A DNA stretch of 64,000 nt from Crocinitomicaceae bacterium (lineage in GTDB: Bacteria > Bacteroidota > Bacteroidia > Flavobacteriales_D > Crocinitomicaceae). Positions 29,854-39,437 of this stretch are shown piece by piece. Under the pieces are notes generated by a model. That model searched no databases. It worked only from the letters and a program-made list of their open reading frames with translations, and was not told the DNA's origin. A program made the position numbers and the translations under genes. How positions within the stretch are numbered: position 1 is the first letter of the stretch; every line of letters begins with the position of its first letter. The stretch spans positions 1,640 through 65,639 of the forward strand of contig JBGCFR010000025.1 in assembly GCA_045107045.1 (NCBI GenBank). The letters are read 5' to 3'.

Positions 29854-31335
29854 TTAAAACCTATAGCCAAAAGACAGTATAAATTGCTTTCTATCGTTCT
29901 GAATTAAAGAATTGCTGCCTTCTAATTCTGGAGAGTAAGCATAATGTTCTGATCCTACTTTTGAAAACATGGTGGCAAAGTCTAAATAAACACTTCCAAA
30001 GTTATATCCAATTCCGGCTGTATAGTTTTGCACTGGTTTATCAAAAACACCTTTTTCTGGTTTGTAAGCTGAGCCAAAAATAGCGTAGCCTCCTCTTAAG
30101 TATAATTGCTTATTGATTCTTGCCTCAGCACCAAATTTTAAGTTAAAGGTAGATTGATATAAATTGTCAATCTGCTTGTTTTCGTCGTTATAGGAATAGA
30201 AACCAGTTCCTATATTGCTAGGTGATTTCATAAATGTTTTACTATAATCAACTAACTCTAATTCCGCACCAATACTTCCAATTTTTTTACTAACAAGCCC
30301 TAATGAAAAATTTGCTCGCATAGGTGTTCTGATAATATAATCATTGGCTCCGGTCGGCGGACCGTTTTCTGGGCTTATTGTACCATTAATTGTTGTGTTA
30401 GTCATATCATTTCCAAATTGTTCATTAATGCTAATACGAGTAGGTGTTTCAATAGATGCTCCAACTCTAATAAACTCTGCAGGAATATATATTAAACCAA
30501 CTCTTGCATTTATTCCAGAGCCTTTGGCTTGAAGGTAACCGGAATAATCAAGTTGGGTAATCCAGGTAGCAGAATCTTTAAATTGTTCTTGATGCGAAAA
30601 ACGTGAGTCATAATTTAAAGTCACAACATTGAAGCTTCCCCCAATCAATAATTTATTCTTGTAGTTTCCACTGATGGAAAAATTGATTTCTCCCATTCCA
30701 CCTTCTGTTGTGACAGTTCGTGAATGATTCGATTTTCCAACGGCTCCTGAACTATAATAATAATCTGTGCTATCATTAGTAGTAGAATATGGATCTATTA
30801 CATAACTTTCGTATGCTAACCCAGATGAAAATGGATTTAAACTACTCGAATTAGTTGGTGGTGTATTATCAGCTTCAGCAATAAAATAGTCTACGATAGA
30901 TCCATTCGATTCTCCACCATACGAAAAGCTATTATTAAAACTCTGTTTTCTATTATAACCCATTCCAAGTTGAATTCCTGCCCAGCCATTGTACTTTTTT
31001 GGATCAAGACTGTAAGCTTTTAAATAAGATATATTTCCAAGTTTTAGCTTATTCGACGATTTTGCAAAGCTTCTTTCTTGAAATTCGGCGGTGGTGTTGT
31101 TGTTTTCTAAAAAAGTGGTAAACGAAAAATTGTTTTTCGAAAACCTGCCTGATGCCGCAGGGTTTTTAAGAGTAGAAGAGTAATCTCCACCCAATGCTGT
31201 CATTGCACCTGCCATACTTATGTTTCTTGCTGTGCCGCCTAAAGATTCTTGAGAATATCTTAAGGCGTCTTCCTCGTTTTGGGCATTAAGAAACCCAGTT
31301 GTGCCAATTAAAAGGCCAAATATTATCCATTTCAT
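29854..31335 (-). CDS. outer-membrane beta-barrel, OmpP1/FadL-like
   Basis: Signal peptide; GTARNISMAGAMTALGGD...NPAA N-terminal motif; terminal SFGYRF. Confidence 0.85.
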   Translation of the reverse strand: MKWIIFGLLIGTTGFLNAQNEEDALRYSQESLGGTARNISMAGAMTALGGDYSSTLKNPAASGRFSKNNFSFTTFLENNNTTAEFQERSFAKSSNKLKLGNISYLKAYSLDPKKYNGWAGIQLGMGYNRKQSFNNSFSYGGESNGSIVDYFIAEADNTPPTNSSSLNPFSSGLAYESYVIDPYSTTNDSTDYYYSSGAVGKSNHSRTVTTEGGMGEINFSISGNYKNKLLIGGSFNVVTLNYDSRFSHQEQFKDSATWITQLDYSGYLQAKGSGINARVGLIYIPAEFIRVGASIETPTRISINEQFGNDMTNTTINGTISPENGPPTGANDYIIRTPMRANFSLGLVSKKIGSIGAELELVDYSKTFMKSPSNIGTGFYSYNDENKQIDNLYQSTFNLKFGAEARINKQLYLRGGYAIFGSAYKPEKGVFDKPVQNYTAGIGYNFGSVYLDFATMFSKVGSEHYAYSPELEGSNSLIQNDRKQFILSFGYRF

Positions 31336-31353
31336 AATTAAATACTTTAAAAA

Positions 31354-32937
31354 TTATCTTCTTCCTCCTCTGCTCGAACTTGAATTAGAACTTCTTGAAC
31401 TTGACCTGCTGCTTGATCCAGAAGAACTTGACCTGGTAGGAGTAGACCTTGAAGGTGATGTTCTAGTCGGCGTCGACCTTGTTGGTGTTGTTCTAGTCGG
31501 TGTTGATCTAGTTGGTGTCGATCTAGTTGGTGTCGATCTAGTTGGTGTCGACCTTGTTGGTGTCGATCTAGTTGGTGTCGACCTTGTTGGTGTTGTTCTA
31601 GTCGGTGCTGACCTTGTTGGTGTCGATCTTGTTGGTGCTGATCTAGTTGGTGCAGTTCTAGTCGGCGCAGTTCTGGTTGGTTCAGTCCTAGTTGGTGCAG
31701 ACTCTGTTGAATTTCTTGTAGGACTTGTATTCCTAGGGGCAGTTCTACTTGGTGCTGATTCAGTGTTAGTTCGTGTTGGTCTAGTATTAGAGTTAGTTGT
31801 TCTATTCGTTTTAATAGGTTTAGCTTCCCATCTATTAGTAGCTGGTTTTAAATCCCTAGGTTTACTAATTGGTGTTCTTGTATTTGAGCTTTCTGCCGAA
31901 TTGTTGGTTGATTTAGTCGGCGGTGTTATTCTTCTATCCAAATTATTCGAATTTTCTTTAGGAGAAATCCTATTAGATTCAACTCCTCTCGTGTTTCTAG
32001 ATGGCAATTTTGCAGCTGCATAATTGTCTACTACTCTCTGATCTTGACGATTTGGTGTGTCAAAACTTGGCTTTTTTGCGGCCACCGGAGTTCTTTGTTT
32101 GCTATTTGAAGCAACAGTATTTGTTGAAGTTGCACTTGCACTTCTTACTGTAGTAGGGTAGGCTGTATTGTTATTTGATCTTGAGCCTGTGCTCATACCT
32201 CTTCTATGGCCATAGTGATGATTATTGTTTCCATTGGCAAAATCATTCGAATTGTTCCAATTATTATTTGCATTATTCCAACCATTGTTCCAACCATTGT
32301 TCCAACCATTATTCCAGCCATTGTTCCATCCGCCAGCATAGTAAGGATTGTTCCAACTATTATAGTATGGTGAGTTCCATCCGTTATAGTATGGTGAATT
32401 CCATCCGAAGTTACCATAGTAGGGATTGTTCCATCTGTTATAATATGGGTTGTTCCAACCATTGTAAGGATTACCCCATCCACCATAATATGCGGTGTTC
32501 CATCCCCAGCTAGGTCCATTTAAGTAAAAACTATTATACCCCCATGAGTTACCCCAATATGCAAAATTTGCACGTGGTCTATAATAATTAAAGTGGTTAA
32601 AGCGGCAATTGTTTCGGTAGTGAATCTCGCAAAAGACATTCGTATTGGTGTTAACTGCATTGCCATTATTGCTATAGTAATTGTTTACGGTGATGTTGTC
32701 ATTGTTCGAAAAAGACTGATTAGGATTTTGCTCTTCTGACCTGTCTTCTACAATAATTTGGTTATTTTCGTTTTCCGCATCCTTAATAAATGCATCATAT
32801 CCTGATTCATCTTTAGTCTCAGTATACACAAGTTGGGGTGCGTCATAAACATCATCATGTAAGATTTTGGTAGTTTGACAAGAATTAATGGTTAAAACTC
32901 CGATCATTGTTGCTAAAAAATAAAATGTCTTTTTCAT
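31354..32937 (-). CDS. low-complexity lipoprotein (DDVY motif, W/N/Y-rich repeats, Pro-Thr-Arg tail)
   Basis: MKKTFYFLATMIGVLTINS-C lipobox at ATG 32937, followed by HDDVYD; WNxPYY and GWNN repeats; PTR(S/T) tail. Confidence 0.85.
   Translation of the reverse strand: MKKTFYFLATMIGVLTINSCQTTKILHDDVYDAPQLVYTETKDESGYDAFIKDAENENNQIIVEDRSEEQNPNQSFSNNDNITVNNYYSNNGNAVNTNTNVFCEIHYRNNCRFNHFNYYRPRANFAYWGNSWGYNSFYLNGPSWGWNTAYYGGWGNPYNGWNNPYYNRWNNPYYGNFGWNSPYYNGWNSPYYNSWNNPYYAGGWNNGWNNGWNNGWNNGWNNANNNWNNSNDFANGNNNHHYGHRRGMSTGSRSNNNTAYPTTVRSASATSTNTVASNSKQRTPVAAKKPSFDTPNRQDQRVVDNYAAAKLPSRNTRGVESNRISPKENSNNLDRRITPPTKSTNNSAESSNTRTPISKPRDLKPATNRWEAKPIKTNRTTNSNTRPTRTNTESAPSRTAPRNTSPTRNSTESAPTRTEPTRTAPTRTAPTRSAPTRSTPTRSAPTRTTPTRSTPTRSTPTRSTPTRSTPTRSTPTRSTPTRTTPTRSTPTRTSPSRSTPTRSSSSGSSSRSSSRSSNSSSSRGGRR
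31430..31699 (-). repeat. 18 x 15-bp coding tandem repeat, (T/A)PTR(S/T)
   Basis: Units such as gatctagttggtgtc, counted by hand via the antisense DLVGV units. Confidence 0.92.
32272..32331 (-). repeat. 5 x 12-bp coding tandem repeat (GWNN)
   Basis: attRttccaNcc x5. Confidence 0.92.
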
Positions 32938-32946
32938 AATGTTTGA

Positions 32947-32977
32947 TTTGTAAAGGAAAAACTTATTTTTACCTTTG
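32947..32977 (+). promoter_or_regulatory. Bacteroidota sigma-A promoter for proS
   Basis: TTTG (32947-32950)-N19-TACCTTTG (32970-32977). Confidence 0.75.
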
Positions 32978-33012
32978 TTCCACATCTACCAAGATACAAA
33001 AATTATACCAAA

Positions 33013-34491
33013 ATGTCAAACAAAATAACTCCACGCGAAAAAGATTATTCGCAGTGGTATAATGATATTATTAAAATAGCTGATTTAGCTGAGCATTCAG
33101 AAGTAAGAGGCTGTATGGTGATTAAACCATATGGTTTTGCTATTTGGGAAAATATGAAGGCTATTTTAGATCAAAAATTTAAAGAAACGGGTCATTCAAA
33201 TGCTTATTTTCCAATTTTTATCCCAAAAAGCTTGTTTGAGGCTGAAGAGAAAAACGCAGAAGGATTTGCTAAAGAATGTGCTGTTGTTACTCATTATAGA
33301 TTAAAAAACGATCCTGATAATAAAGGAAAGCTAATTGTTGACCCAGAAGCTAAACTTACTGAAGAGTTAGTTGTAAGACCAACAAGTGAAGCTATTATTT
33401 GGAGCACCTATAAAAAGTGGATTCAATCTTATAGAGACCTTCCATTACTGATAAATCAGTGGGCAAATGTGGTACGGTGGGAGCTCAGAACACGATTGTT
33501 TTTACGTACAGCAGAATTTTTATGGCAGGAAGGCCATACGGCTCATGCAACAAAAAGTGAAGCAGTCACCGAAGCAGAACAAATGAATAATGTTTATGCT
33601 GATTTTGCTGAAACATATATGGCCATGCCAGTAATTAAAGGACTAAAAACAGAAAGTGAGCGTTTTGCAGGAGCTGACGAAACTTACTGCATTGAAGCTA
33701 TGATGCAAGATGGTAAAGCGCTTCAAGCTGGAACCTCACATTTTTTAGGACAAAATTTTTCGAAAGCATTTGATGTGAAGTTTGCTAACAAGGAAGGTAA
33801 AGAAGATTTTGTGTGGGCAACTTCATGGGGTGTTTCCACTCGTTTGATGGGAGCCTTAATTATGACACATTCTGATGACCTAGGTTTGGTATTACCTCCA
33901 AAATTAGCTCCGATTCATGTTGCTATTGTACCTATTTATAAGAGTGAGGAACAGCTTAATGCTATTTATGATAAACTTCAACCTTTAATGCAAGATCTTA
34001 AATCTAAAGGTTTTGTTGTGAAATTTGATGATGATGACCAACGCAGACCAGGATGGAAGTTTGCTGAGTATGAAGCCAAAGGTGTTCCAATAAGAATTGC
34101 AATCGGTCCAAGAGATTTAGAAAATAATCAAGCTGAAGTTGCAAGACGGGATACTCAAGAAAAAACAACAGTTAGTTTTAATGGAATTTCAGATTATATA
34201 ATTAATCTATTAGATGATATTCAAGTGAATTTATTTGCAAAAGCAAAAGAGTATAGAGATACACAATGCAGACCAATTGATTCATATGAAGAGTTTAAGG
34301 AAAAAATTGAAACTGAAGGAGGTTTCTTTTTAGTACATTGGGATGGTACTGCTGAAACAGAAGAAAAAATAAAAAAAGACACGAAGGCAACTATTCGCTG
34401 TATTCCATTTTACTTGCCTGAGGAAGAAGGTAAATGCATGGTGACAGGACAGCCAAGCAGTAAAAGAGTTGTTTTAGCAAAAGCCTATTAA
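33013..34491 (+). CDS. proS: proline--tRNA ligase (archaeal/eukaryote-like type)
   Basis: [53 protein letters not shown]. Confidence 0.98.
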   Translation: MSNKITPREKDYSQWYNDIIKIADLAEHSEVRGCMVIKPYGFAIWENMKAILDQKFKETGHSNAYFPIFIPKSLFEAEEKNAEGFAKECAVVTHYRLKNDPDNKGKLIVDPEAKLTEELVVRPTSEAIIWSTYKKWIQSYRDLPLLINQWANVVRWELRTRLFLRTAEFLWQEGHTAHATKSEAVTEAEQMNNVYADFAETYMAMPVIKGLKTESERFAGADETYCIEAMMQDGKALQAGTSHFLGQNFSKAFDVKFANKEGKEDFVWATSWGVSTRLMGALIMTHSDDLGLVLPPKLAPIHVAIVPIYKSEEQLNAIYDKLQPLMQDLKSKGFVVKFDDDDQRRPGWKFAEYEAKGVPIRIAIGPRDLENNQAEVARRDTQEKTTVSFNGISDYIINLLDDIQVNLFAKAKEYRDTQCRPIDSYEEFKEKIETEGGFFLVHWDGTAETEEKIKKDTKATIRCIPFYLPEEEGKCMVTGQPSSKRVVLAKAY

Positions 34492-34502
34492 ATTAATAAA
34501 CA

Positions 34503-35186
34503 ATGGAAAAAGAAAGAAATCATATTGTTAATTTGCTAAAAAGCAAATCGGTAATGAAGCAAAATGTGTTTTCAAACACTAAGGAATGGTTTAGAATATT
34601 AAAGCAAGAATTGTCTGAATGTATAAGTTTAATTCAGGAGGAGCTGAAAGATACTCCTAAAATAAGGTTAAAATATGTTGATGCTGGTCCATACGAGGCG
34701 CAGTTATTTATTGGTTCAGATGTTTTGATTTTTTACATGCATACGAATGTATTTAGGTTTTCTAAATCAAATTTTGTTCACCAAAGCTCTTATTTAAAGA
34801 AAGATCCAACTGCTGCTTATTGTGGAATTATTAATATTTATAATTTTTTAGCTGACTCCTATGAGTTAAAACGATCTAATGATGCAGGTTACTTAATTTC
34901 AAGAATTTTTGTAAATAAAGATAATCATTTTATGATTGAAGGTAAAGGTTATTTAGAATTCGCTTACAGAGATTTTTTAAACCAAGTAATGCATAAAGAT
35001 GTGATGTTAGACGTTATTTTAAAGGTTGCAGCATACGCTATTGAATTTGATCTATTAACACCTCCATATAACTCAGTTGGTGTTGTTTCAGTTGATCAAA
35101 TGCAAACACTTAGCAATAATTCAAAATTGAAAACAGGAAAACGCCTCGGATTCAAGTTCCAAGGAGACAATAAAATTATTGGCTAA
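34503..35186 (+). CDS. conserved hypothetical protein
   Basis: 227-aa ORF co-oriented with proS; no recognised motif. Confidence 0.85.
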   Translation: MEKERNHIVNLLKSKSVMKQNVFSNTKEWFRILKQELSECISLIQEELKDTPKIRLKYVDAGPYEAQLFIGSDVLIFYMHTNVFRFSKSNFVHQSSYLKKDPTAAYCGIINIYNFLADSYELKRSNDAGYLISRIFVNKDNHFMIEGKGYLEFAYRDFLNQVMHKDVMLDVILKVAAYAIEFDLLTPPYNSVGVVSVDQMQTLSNNSKLKTGKRLGFKFQGDNKIIG

Positions 35187-35200
35187 ATTTCACCTAAAAA

Positions 35201-35231
35201 TTTGTCAGGAAAAAAAATAGAATTATATTTG
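35201..35231 (+). promoter_or_regulatory. sigma-A promoter of tRNA-Glu/rpsT unit
   Basis: TTTG (35201-35204)-N19-TATATTTG (35224-35231). Confidence 0.8.
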
Positions 35232-35261
35232 CACTCCTTTTGCGAAAGGAATTGATATTTT

Positions 35262-35333
35262 GGCCCATTCGTCTAGTGGTTAGGACGCCAGGTTTTCATC
35301 CTGGAAACAGGAGTTCGATTCTCCTATGGGCTA
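35262..35333 (+). tRNA. tRNA-Glu (anticodon TTC)
   Basis: 72-nt cloverleaf: acceptor GGCCCAT/ATGGGCT, anticodon arm CCAGG-TTTTCAT-CCTGG, GTTCGATT T-loop; CCA not encoded. Confidence 0.97.
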
Positions 35334-35355
35334 CAAGTTTGAAGTAATTATTTTT

Positions 35356-35427
35356 GGCCCATTCGTCTAGTGGTTAGGACGCCAGGTTTTCATCCTGGAA
35401 ACAGGAGTTCGATTCTCCTATGGGCTA
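35356..35427 (+). tRNA. tRNA-Glu (anticodon TTC), identical second copy
   Basis: Same 72-nt sequence as 35262-35333. Confidence 0.97.
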
Positions 35428-35471
35428 CTTGTAATGCTTCAATTTAAATTAAAAGAAAAAACAATAGAATT

Positions 35472-35723
35472 ATGGCAAATCATAAATCGGCATTAAAAAG
35501 AATTAGATCAAACAATGCTAAACGTTTGAGAAATAAGTATGTGCATAAAACAACTAGAAATGCAGTACGAGTTTTAAGAGCGTCAACCGATAAGAAAGAA
35601 GCGACAGCTATGCTTCCAAAGGTTATAGCAATGCTTGATAAATTAGCGAAAAGAAATATTATTCACAAGAAGAAGGCAAGTAACTTAAAGTCGAAATTAA
35701 CCAAGCAGGTTAACGGACTTTAA
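35472..35723 (+). CDS. rpsT: 30S ribosomal protein S20
   Basis: [12 protein letters not shown]...[22 protein letters not shown]. Confidence 0.98.
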   Translation: MANHKSALKRIRSNNAKRLRNKYVHKTTRNAVRVLRASTDKKEATAMLPKVIAMLDKLAKRNIIHKKKASNLKSKLTKQVNGL

Positions 35724-35745
35724 TTCATTAGCAATCATTTTTAAG

Positions 35746-35775
35746 AAGCTTTTCCGTCATGGAAAGGCTTTTTTT
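35746..35775 (+). terminator. intrinsic terminator after rpsT
   Basis: aagcttttcc-gtcat-ggaaaggctt followed by a T tract. Confidence 0.85.
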
Positions 35776-36011
35776 GTTTGTAATTGTATGTGTTTAATAA
35801 TTAGATAATTACAATTTTAATTGTTTTCTTGATGTAACTTTGGAACGATATATGCAAAGGCTAAGATAGAAATAGAAATAACCGTTCAATTTCTCAAGAT
35901 ATAATTCGGCAAAGAAATGATAAGGTTGATTTTGAAAAAAGAATTGAAATTCTTTTGAAAATTGAGGACTTATTGTAATTTTGGGAGAAATTGACATAAT
36001 CAGTTTAATAT

Positions 36012-37154
36012 ATGAAAATGAAGAAATTTGTACTACTAACTAGCTTAAGTTTAGGACTAGTGTTTAATGTGTCAGCTCAATCAGCAACGGATTTAGTTGA
36101 GAATGGTAGTTTTGAAGATATTATAGGTAAAATTAAAAGAGCTGGATCCATTGATTTGTCATCAGGTTGGGTTTCTCCAACAAAAACTGCGGCTGATATA
36201 TACTCAAGTATTATTAGGGATGATTTTGGAAGCCCCGAAAATGTGAATGGGAAGGAAGATCCTCAAGATGGATCGGCATATGCCGGATTTACATCATTTA
36301 GCTATGGTGATAAATTACCGCGTTCATATGTGTCAACTAAACTAAAGTTACCAATGCATAAAGGGCAAACGTATTGTGTTAAGTTCTACGTTTCTTTGGC
36401 TGAAGGCTCAAAATATGGCTCAAATAATATTGCAGCCAATTTTTCTAAGAAACAATACAATATTAATGAAGACAAAAGTATAATGGGCAAATCATCTGTT
36501 ATGCATGTTGAAAATCCAATTTTTTCTGGACAATTTGGTTGGGAAGAGGTTTGTGGAACTTACATTGCAGAAGGAGGCGAAAAGTTTTTAACGATTGGTA
36601 ATTTTAGTAGCAATGGTGAAACCGTTAGTGAAAGAATGAAAAAACCTACTGATTTCAGAGGGCAGCAAGCCATAAGAGCTTACTATTATCTGGATAATGT
36701 TTCAGTTGAATTAGTGGATGATGAAGGTGAGTGTAAGTGTATGACAGATGTAAAGGAAGAGGAGTCTTTTGTTTATGCCGTGAGTCCAGTCAATCCTGAA
36801 GGAATGACCATTCAACAAATTGTTAAGTATACCAAGGTTTATTTTGGATATAATTCAGATGAGGTTACCCTAAATAGTGAAGAACATTTAGACAACATAA
36901 TTAATGTACTTAAGGAGAATCCAACGGTAAAAGTTAAAATGACGGTGCATGCTGACGAAGATGAAGCACTTGATAAGAAGGCAGCTGGGATTGAAAATAA
37001 ACGTTCCGAGGCTGTTTTAAAATATTTAACTGAAAACGGAGTTGATGCAGAAAGAGTTTCAGTTGAAAATGTTGGTGATTCGAATTTGGCTAATAAATCT
37101 GGTTCTGAAATTGGAAAAGCAAAAAATAGAAGAGTCACATTTATACTAATGTAA
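36012..37154 (+). CDS. OmpA-family protein with N-terminal beta-sandwich domain
   Basis: Signal peptide; NLVENGSFE beta-sandwich start; C-terminal KRSEAVLKYL..NGV...KNRRVTF (degenerate OmpA-C domain). Confidence 0.8.
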   Translation: MKMKKFVLLTSLSLGLVFNVSAQSATDLVENGSFEDIIGKIKRAGSIDLSSGWVSPTKTAADIYSSIIRDDFGSPENVNGKEDPQDGSAYAGFTSFSYGDKLPRSYVSTKLKLPMHKGQTYCVKFYVSLAEGSKYGSNNIAANFSKKQYNINEDKSIMGKSSVMHVENPIFSGQFGWEEVCGTYIAEGGEKFLTIGNFSSNGETVSERMKKPTDFRGQQAIRAYYYLDNVSVELVDDEGECKCMTDVKEEESFVYAVSPVNPEGMTIQQIVKYTKVYFGYNSDEVTLNSEEHLDNIINVLKENPTVKVKMTVHADEDEALDKKAAGIENKRSEAVLKYLTENGVDAERVSVENVGDSNLANKSGSEIGKAKNRRVTFILM

Positions 37155-37173
37155 TATAAACAAATTGATATGT

Positions 37174-37203
37174 AAAAAGTCCTGCAATTTTGCAGGACTT
37201 TTT
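37174..37203. terminator. bidirectional intrinsic terminator
   Basis: aaaaagtcctgcaa-tt-ttgcaggacttttt between convergent genes. Confidence 0.9.
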
Positions 37204-37396
37204 TTATTTACAACCATATTATTTTCCCAAAGAGGCCAGCTGCAGAATAGTAAACTTGAACTCATGATAGGGGTGAAGGCTGAAATGATTGTCATATAGA
37301 TATAAAAACGATATGAATCATTTTAAGAGCCAATTATTGTACTTTACTTTAGTTAATTTGATACTGATCTTTGTAACAATTTACTTGATCAGTTCT

Positions 37397-37702
37397 CTAT
37401 GAATTCATGTCTTGCTGTGGTTTAAAAATCTTAGCATCCGCCCAAAAAGTAGCAAATGGTATCAATGAGGCAAATCCAGAAATTAATACTGTTTTAAACG
37501 ACCATTTATATTTTATTCCAACTATCAATACAAATAAACAATACGCAATGAATAAAAACCCATGAGCATAGCCCATTATTTTATTTGGCCAAAATATGTC
37601 AAACATATATTTTAAAGGCATAGTTACAGCAAATGCGATATAACTAATTCCTTCAATAAGTGATAGTAGCCTGAGGGTACCCAGTTTTGATGATAAATTC
37701 AT
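37397..37702 (-). CDS. DUF3817 family small membrane protein
   Basis: LRLLSLIEGISY...MPLKY...GYAHGFLFIAY...ASLIPFATF; TAnnTTTG at 37723-37730 on -. Confidence 0.9.
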   Translation of the reverse strand: MNLSSKLGTLRLLSLIEGISYIAFAVTMPLKYMFDIFWPNKIMGYAHGFLFIAYCLFVLIVGIKYKWSFKTVLISGFASLIPFATFWADAKIFKPQQDMNS

Positions 37703-37980
37703 TGCTATTATTTTTTTGCCTACAAATATACACTTAGCATTTAGACTTTTCTGTATGCAGAGACATTTGTGTTTATTTTTACATCATATAATAATGCTAA
37801 TAAGATTCCATCAATAAGGAGTTTGTAATTTTTTTGAAAAACTATAGTGAAACTAATGGATTCACAATGAAATGTAATTCATCTTTCGGCCTTTTTAGTA
37901 ATTCATTTATTATAATGCCAATCTTATGGTTTATTCTGATGCATCATTAAAAAAAAAATGTAAATTTACCCTTTGGTTTT

Positions 37981-38736
37981 ATGGTAGCATTTGATAACGA
38001 AATTGAAAAATTAGAGACATTTAGTCCAATTTCATTGGCAGAAATGGATGAGGTAAAACTGATGAATAGAACAGACACTAAATTTGTTTTTAAAAGGTCG
38101 GATTTATCATCAGTGCTAGAGAAATTGTCTTCTGACTACAGTGTTTTAAAAATTAATGATAATTTAATTAGTAGTTATAAAACATTGTATTTCGATACGC
38201 TTGAATTTGGATACTATTTAGATCACCATAATGGAAGAGGAAATAGGTTTAAAGTAAGAATTAGAAATTATACTGAATCTAATCTTTTTTTCCTTGAGAT
38301 TAAGAATAAATACAAAGGGAGAACAGATAAGAAGAGAATTAAGCTTAATGATTTTGAGACTAGTTTTTCTGCAGACTCAAGATTATTTGTTGATTCAGTT
38401 ATTGATTCGGCTCCTAATTTGGAAGCGAAACTTTGGAATAATTTCTCTAGAATTACTTTGGTGAACCATGCCGAAAAGGAGAGATTAACACTTGATTTAA
38501 ACTTATCATTTGACTGGAATGGAAGGGTGGAAGAGTTTGATCATATAGTGATTGCTGAGCTTAAACAAGAAAATGTAAATCGCAATAGCAAGTTCTATCA
38601 AATGATGAAATCCTTTAATATATCATCAAATAGTATTAGTAAATATTGCATTGGAGCAGTTAGCTTAAACCCAGGTCTAAAGTACAATAGCTTTAAATCT
38701 AAAACACTTTTAATTAATAAATTATTAACCTTATGA
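37981..38736 (+). CDS. VTC (polyphosphate polymerase)-domain protein
   Basis: LMNRTDTKF, YKTLYFDT, RFKVRIRNY, FLEIKNK, RITL, ERLTLD, IAELKQ, SKYC. Confidence 0.9.
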   Translation: MVAFDNEIEKLETFSPISLAEMDEVKLMNRTDTKFVFKRSDLSSVLEKLSSDYSVLKINDNLISSYKTLYFDTLEFGYYLDHHNGRGNRFKVRIRNYTESNLFFLEIKNKYKGRTDKKRIKLNDFETSFSADSRLFVDSVIDSAPNLEAKLWNNFSRITLVNHAEKERLTLDLNLSFDWNGRVEEFDHIVIAELKQENVNRNSKFYQMMKSFNISSNSISKYCIGAVSLNPGLKYNSFKSKTLLINKLLTL

Positions 38737-39437
38737 TTTCAGAATTATTTTTATCTTTTGGTATTGAATTACCCCTATTTAATGTGCTTGCTGCTGCAAA
38801 TAGATCGAACGACTTTTTAGGTATGTCTTGGATGAGTGACGATTTTTACAAATTAGTTTTTAGATTCTTTCTAAACCTTATTTATATTACCGCTATTATT
38901 CGATTCATATATTATGCAAAAACCCCCCGCAAAAATTATTTATTCACATTCTTTTTAATCTCTATTATTACCTTCTTTATCTGTTTTGCTTTAAAAAAAC
39001 TAGATATTGATACAGGTATGGGACTTGGTTTGTTTGCTATTTTTGGTATTATCCGATATCGAACAAATACAATGAAAATTAGAGAGATGACTTATCTTTT
39101 TATTGCCATTGGTTTATCAGTAATTAATGCTTTAGCAGGTAAGCAGGTATCTTATGCAGAATTATTATTCATCAATTCAATTGTACTATTAATTGTTTAC
39201 TTGATGGAAAACTGGTGGTTTGTAAGCACAGAAGGTTCAAAAACAATTGTCTATGAAAAAATTGACAATATTAAACCAGAAAACGAAGACATTTTAAAAG
39301 CTGATATCGAAAAGCGTACAGGTTTGGCTGTTACTAGGATAGAAGTTGGTAAAGTTGACTTTTTAAGAGATATTGCAGAAGTTAAAATTTTCTATAATTA
39401 TGAAAATAATGCGGACCTTTCCAATAGTGACGACTAG
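38733..39437 (+). CDS. DUF4956 family membrane protein
   Basis: GMGLGLFAIFGIIRYRT...REMTYLFIAIGLSVINA...DIEKRTGL. Confidence 0.92.
   Translation: MISELFLSFGIELPLFNVLAAANRSNDFLGMSWMSDDFYKLVFRFFLNLIYITAIIRFIYYAKTPRKNYLFTFFLISIITFFICFALKKLDIDTGMGLGLFAIFGIIRYRTNTMKIREMTYLFIAIGLSVINALAGKQVSYAELLFINSIVLLIVYLMENWWFVSTEGSKTIVYEKIDNIKPENEDILKADIEKRTGLAVTRIEVGKVDFLRDIAEVKIFYNYENNADLSNSDD

Noticed and set aside
31430-31699. Possible CRISPR array
   Set aside because: 15-bp units are head-to-tail with no unique spacers, are in-frame coding, and no cas genes are present.
31301-32023. 240-aa + strand ORF with DLVGV repeats
   Set aside because: Antisense shadow of the PTR(S/T) repeat, which lacks stops on the opposite strand; the - strand ORF has a lipobox and fits the operon.
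32175-32519. Alternative-frame ORFs over the GWNN/WNxPYY repeats
   Set aside because: Products of repeat periodicity inside a real gene.
37208-37396. Possible small ORF or riboswitch between the terminator and the DUF3817 gene
   Set aside because: Only a short unconvincing - strand frame that runs through the terminator; no recognisable aptamer.
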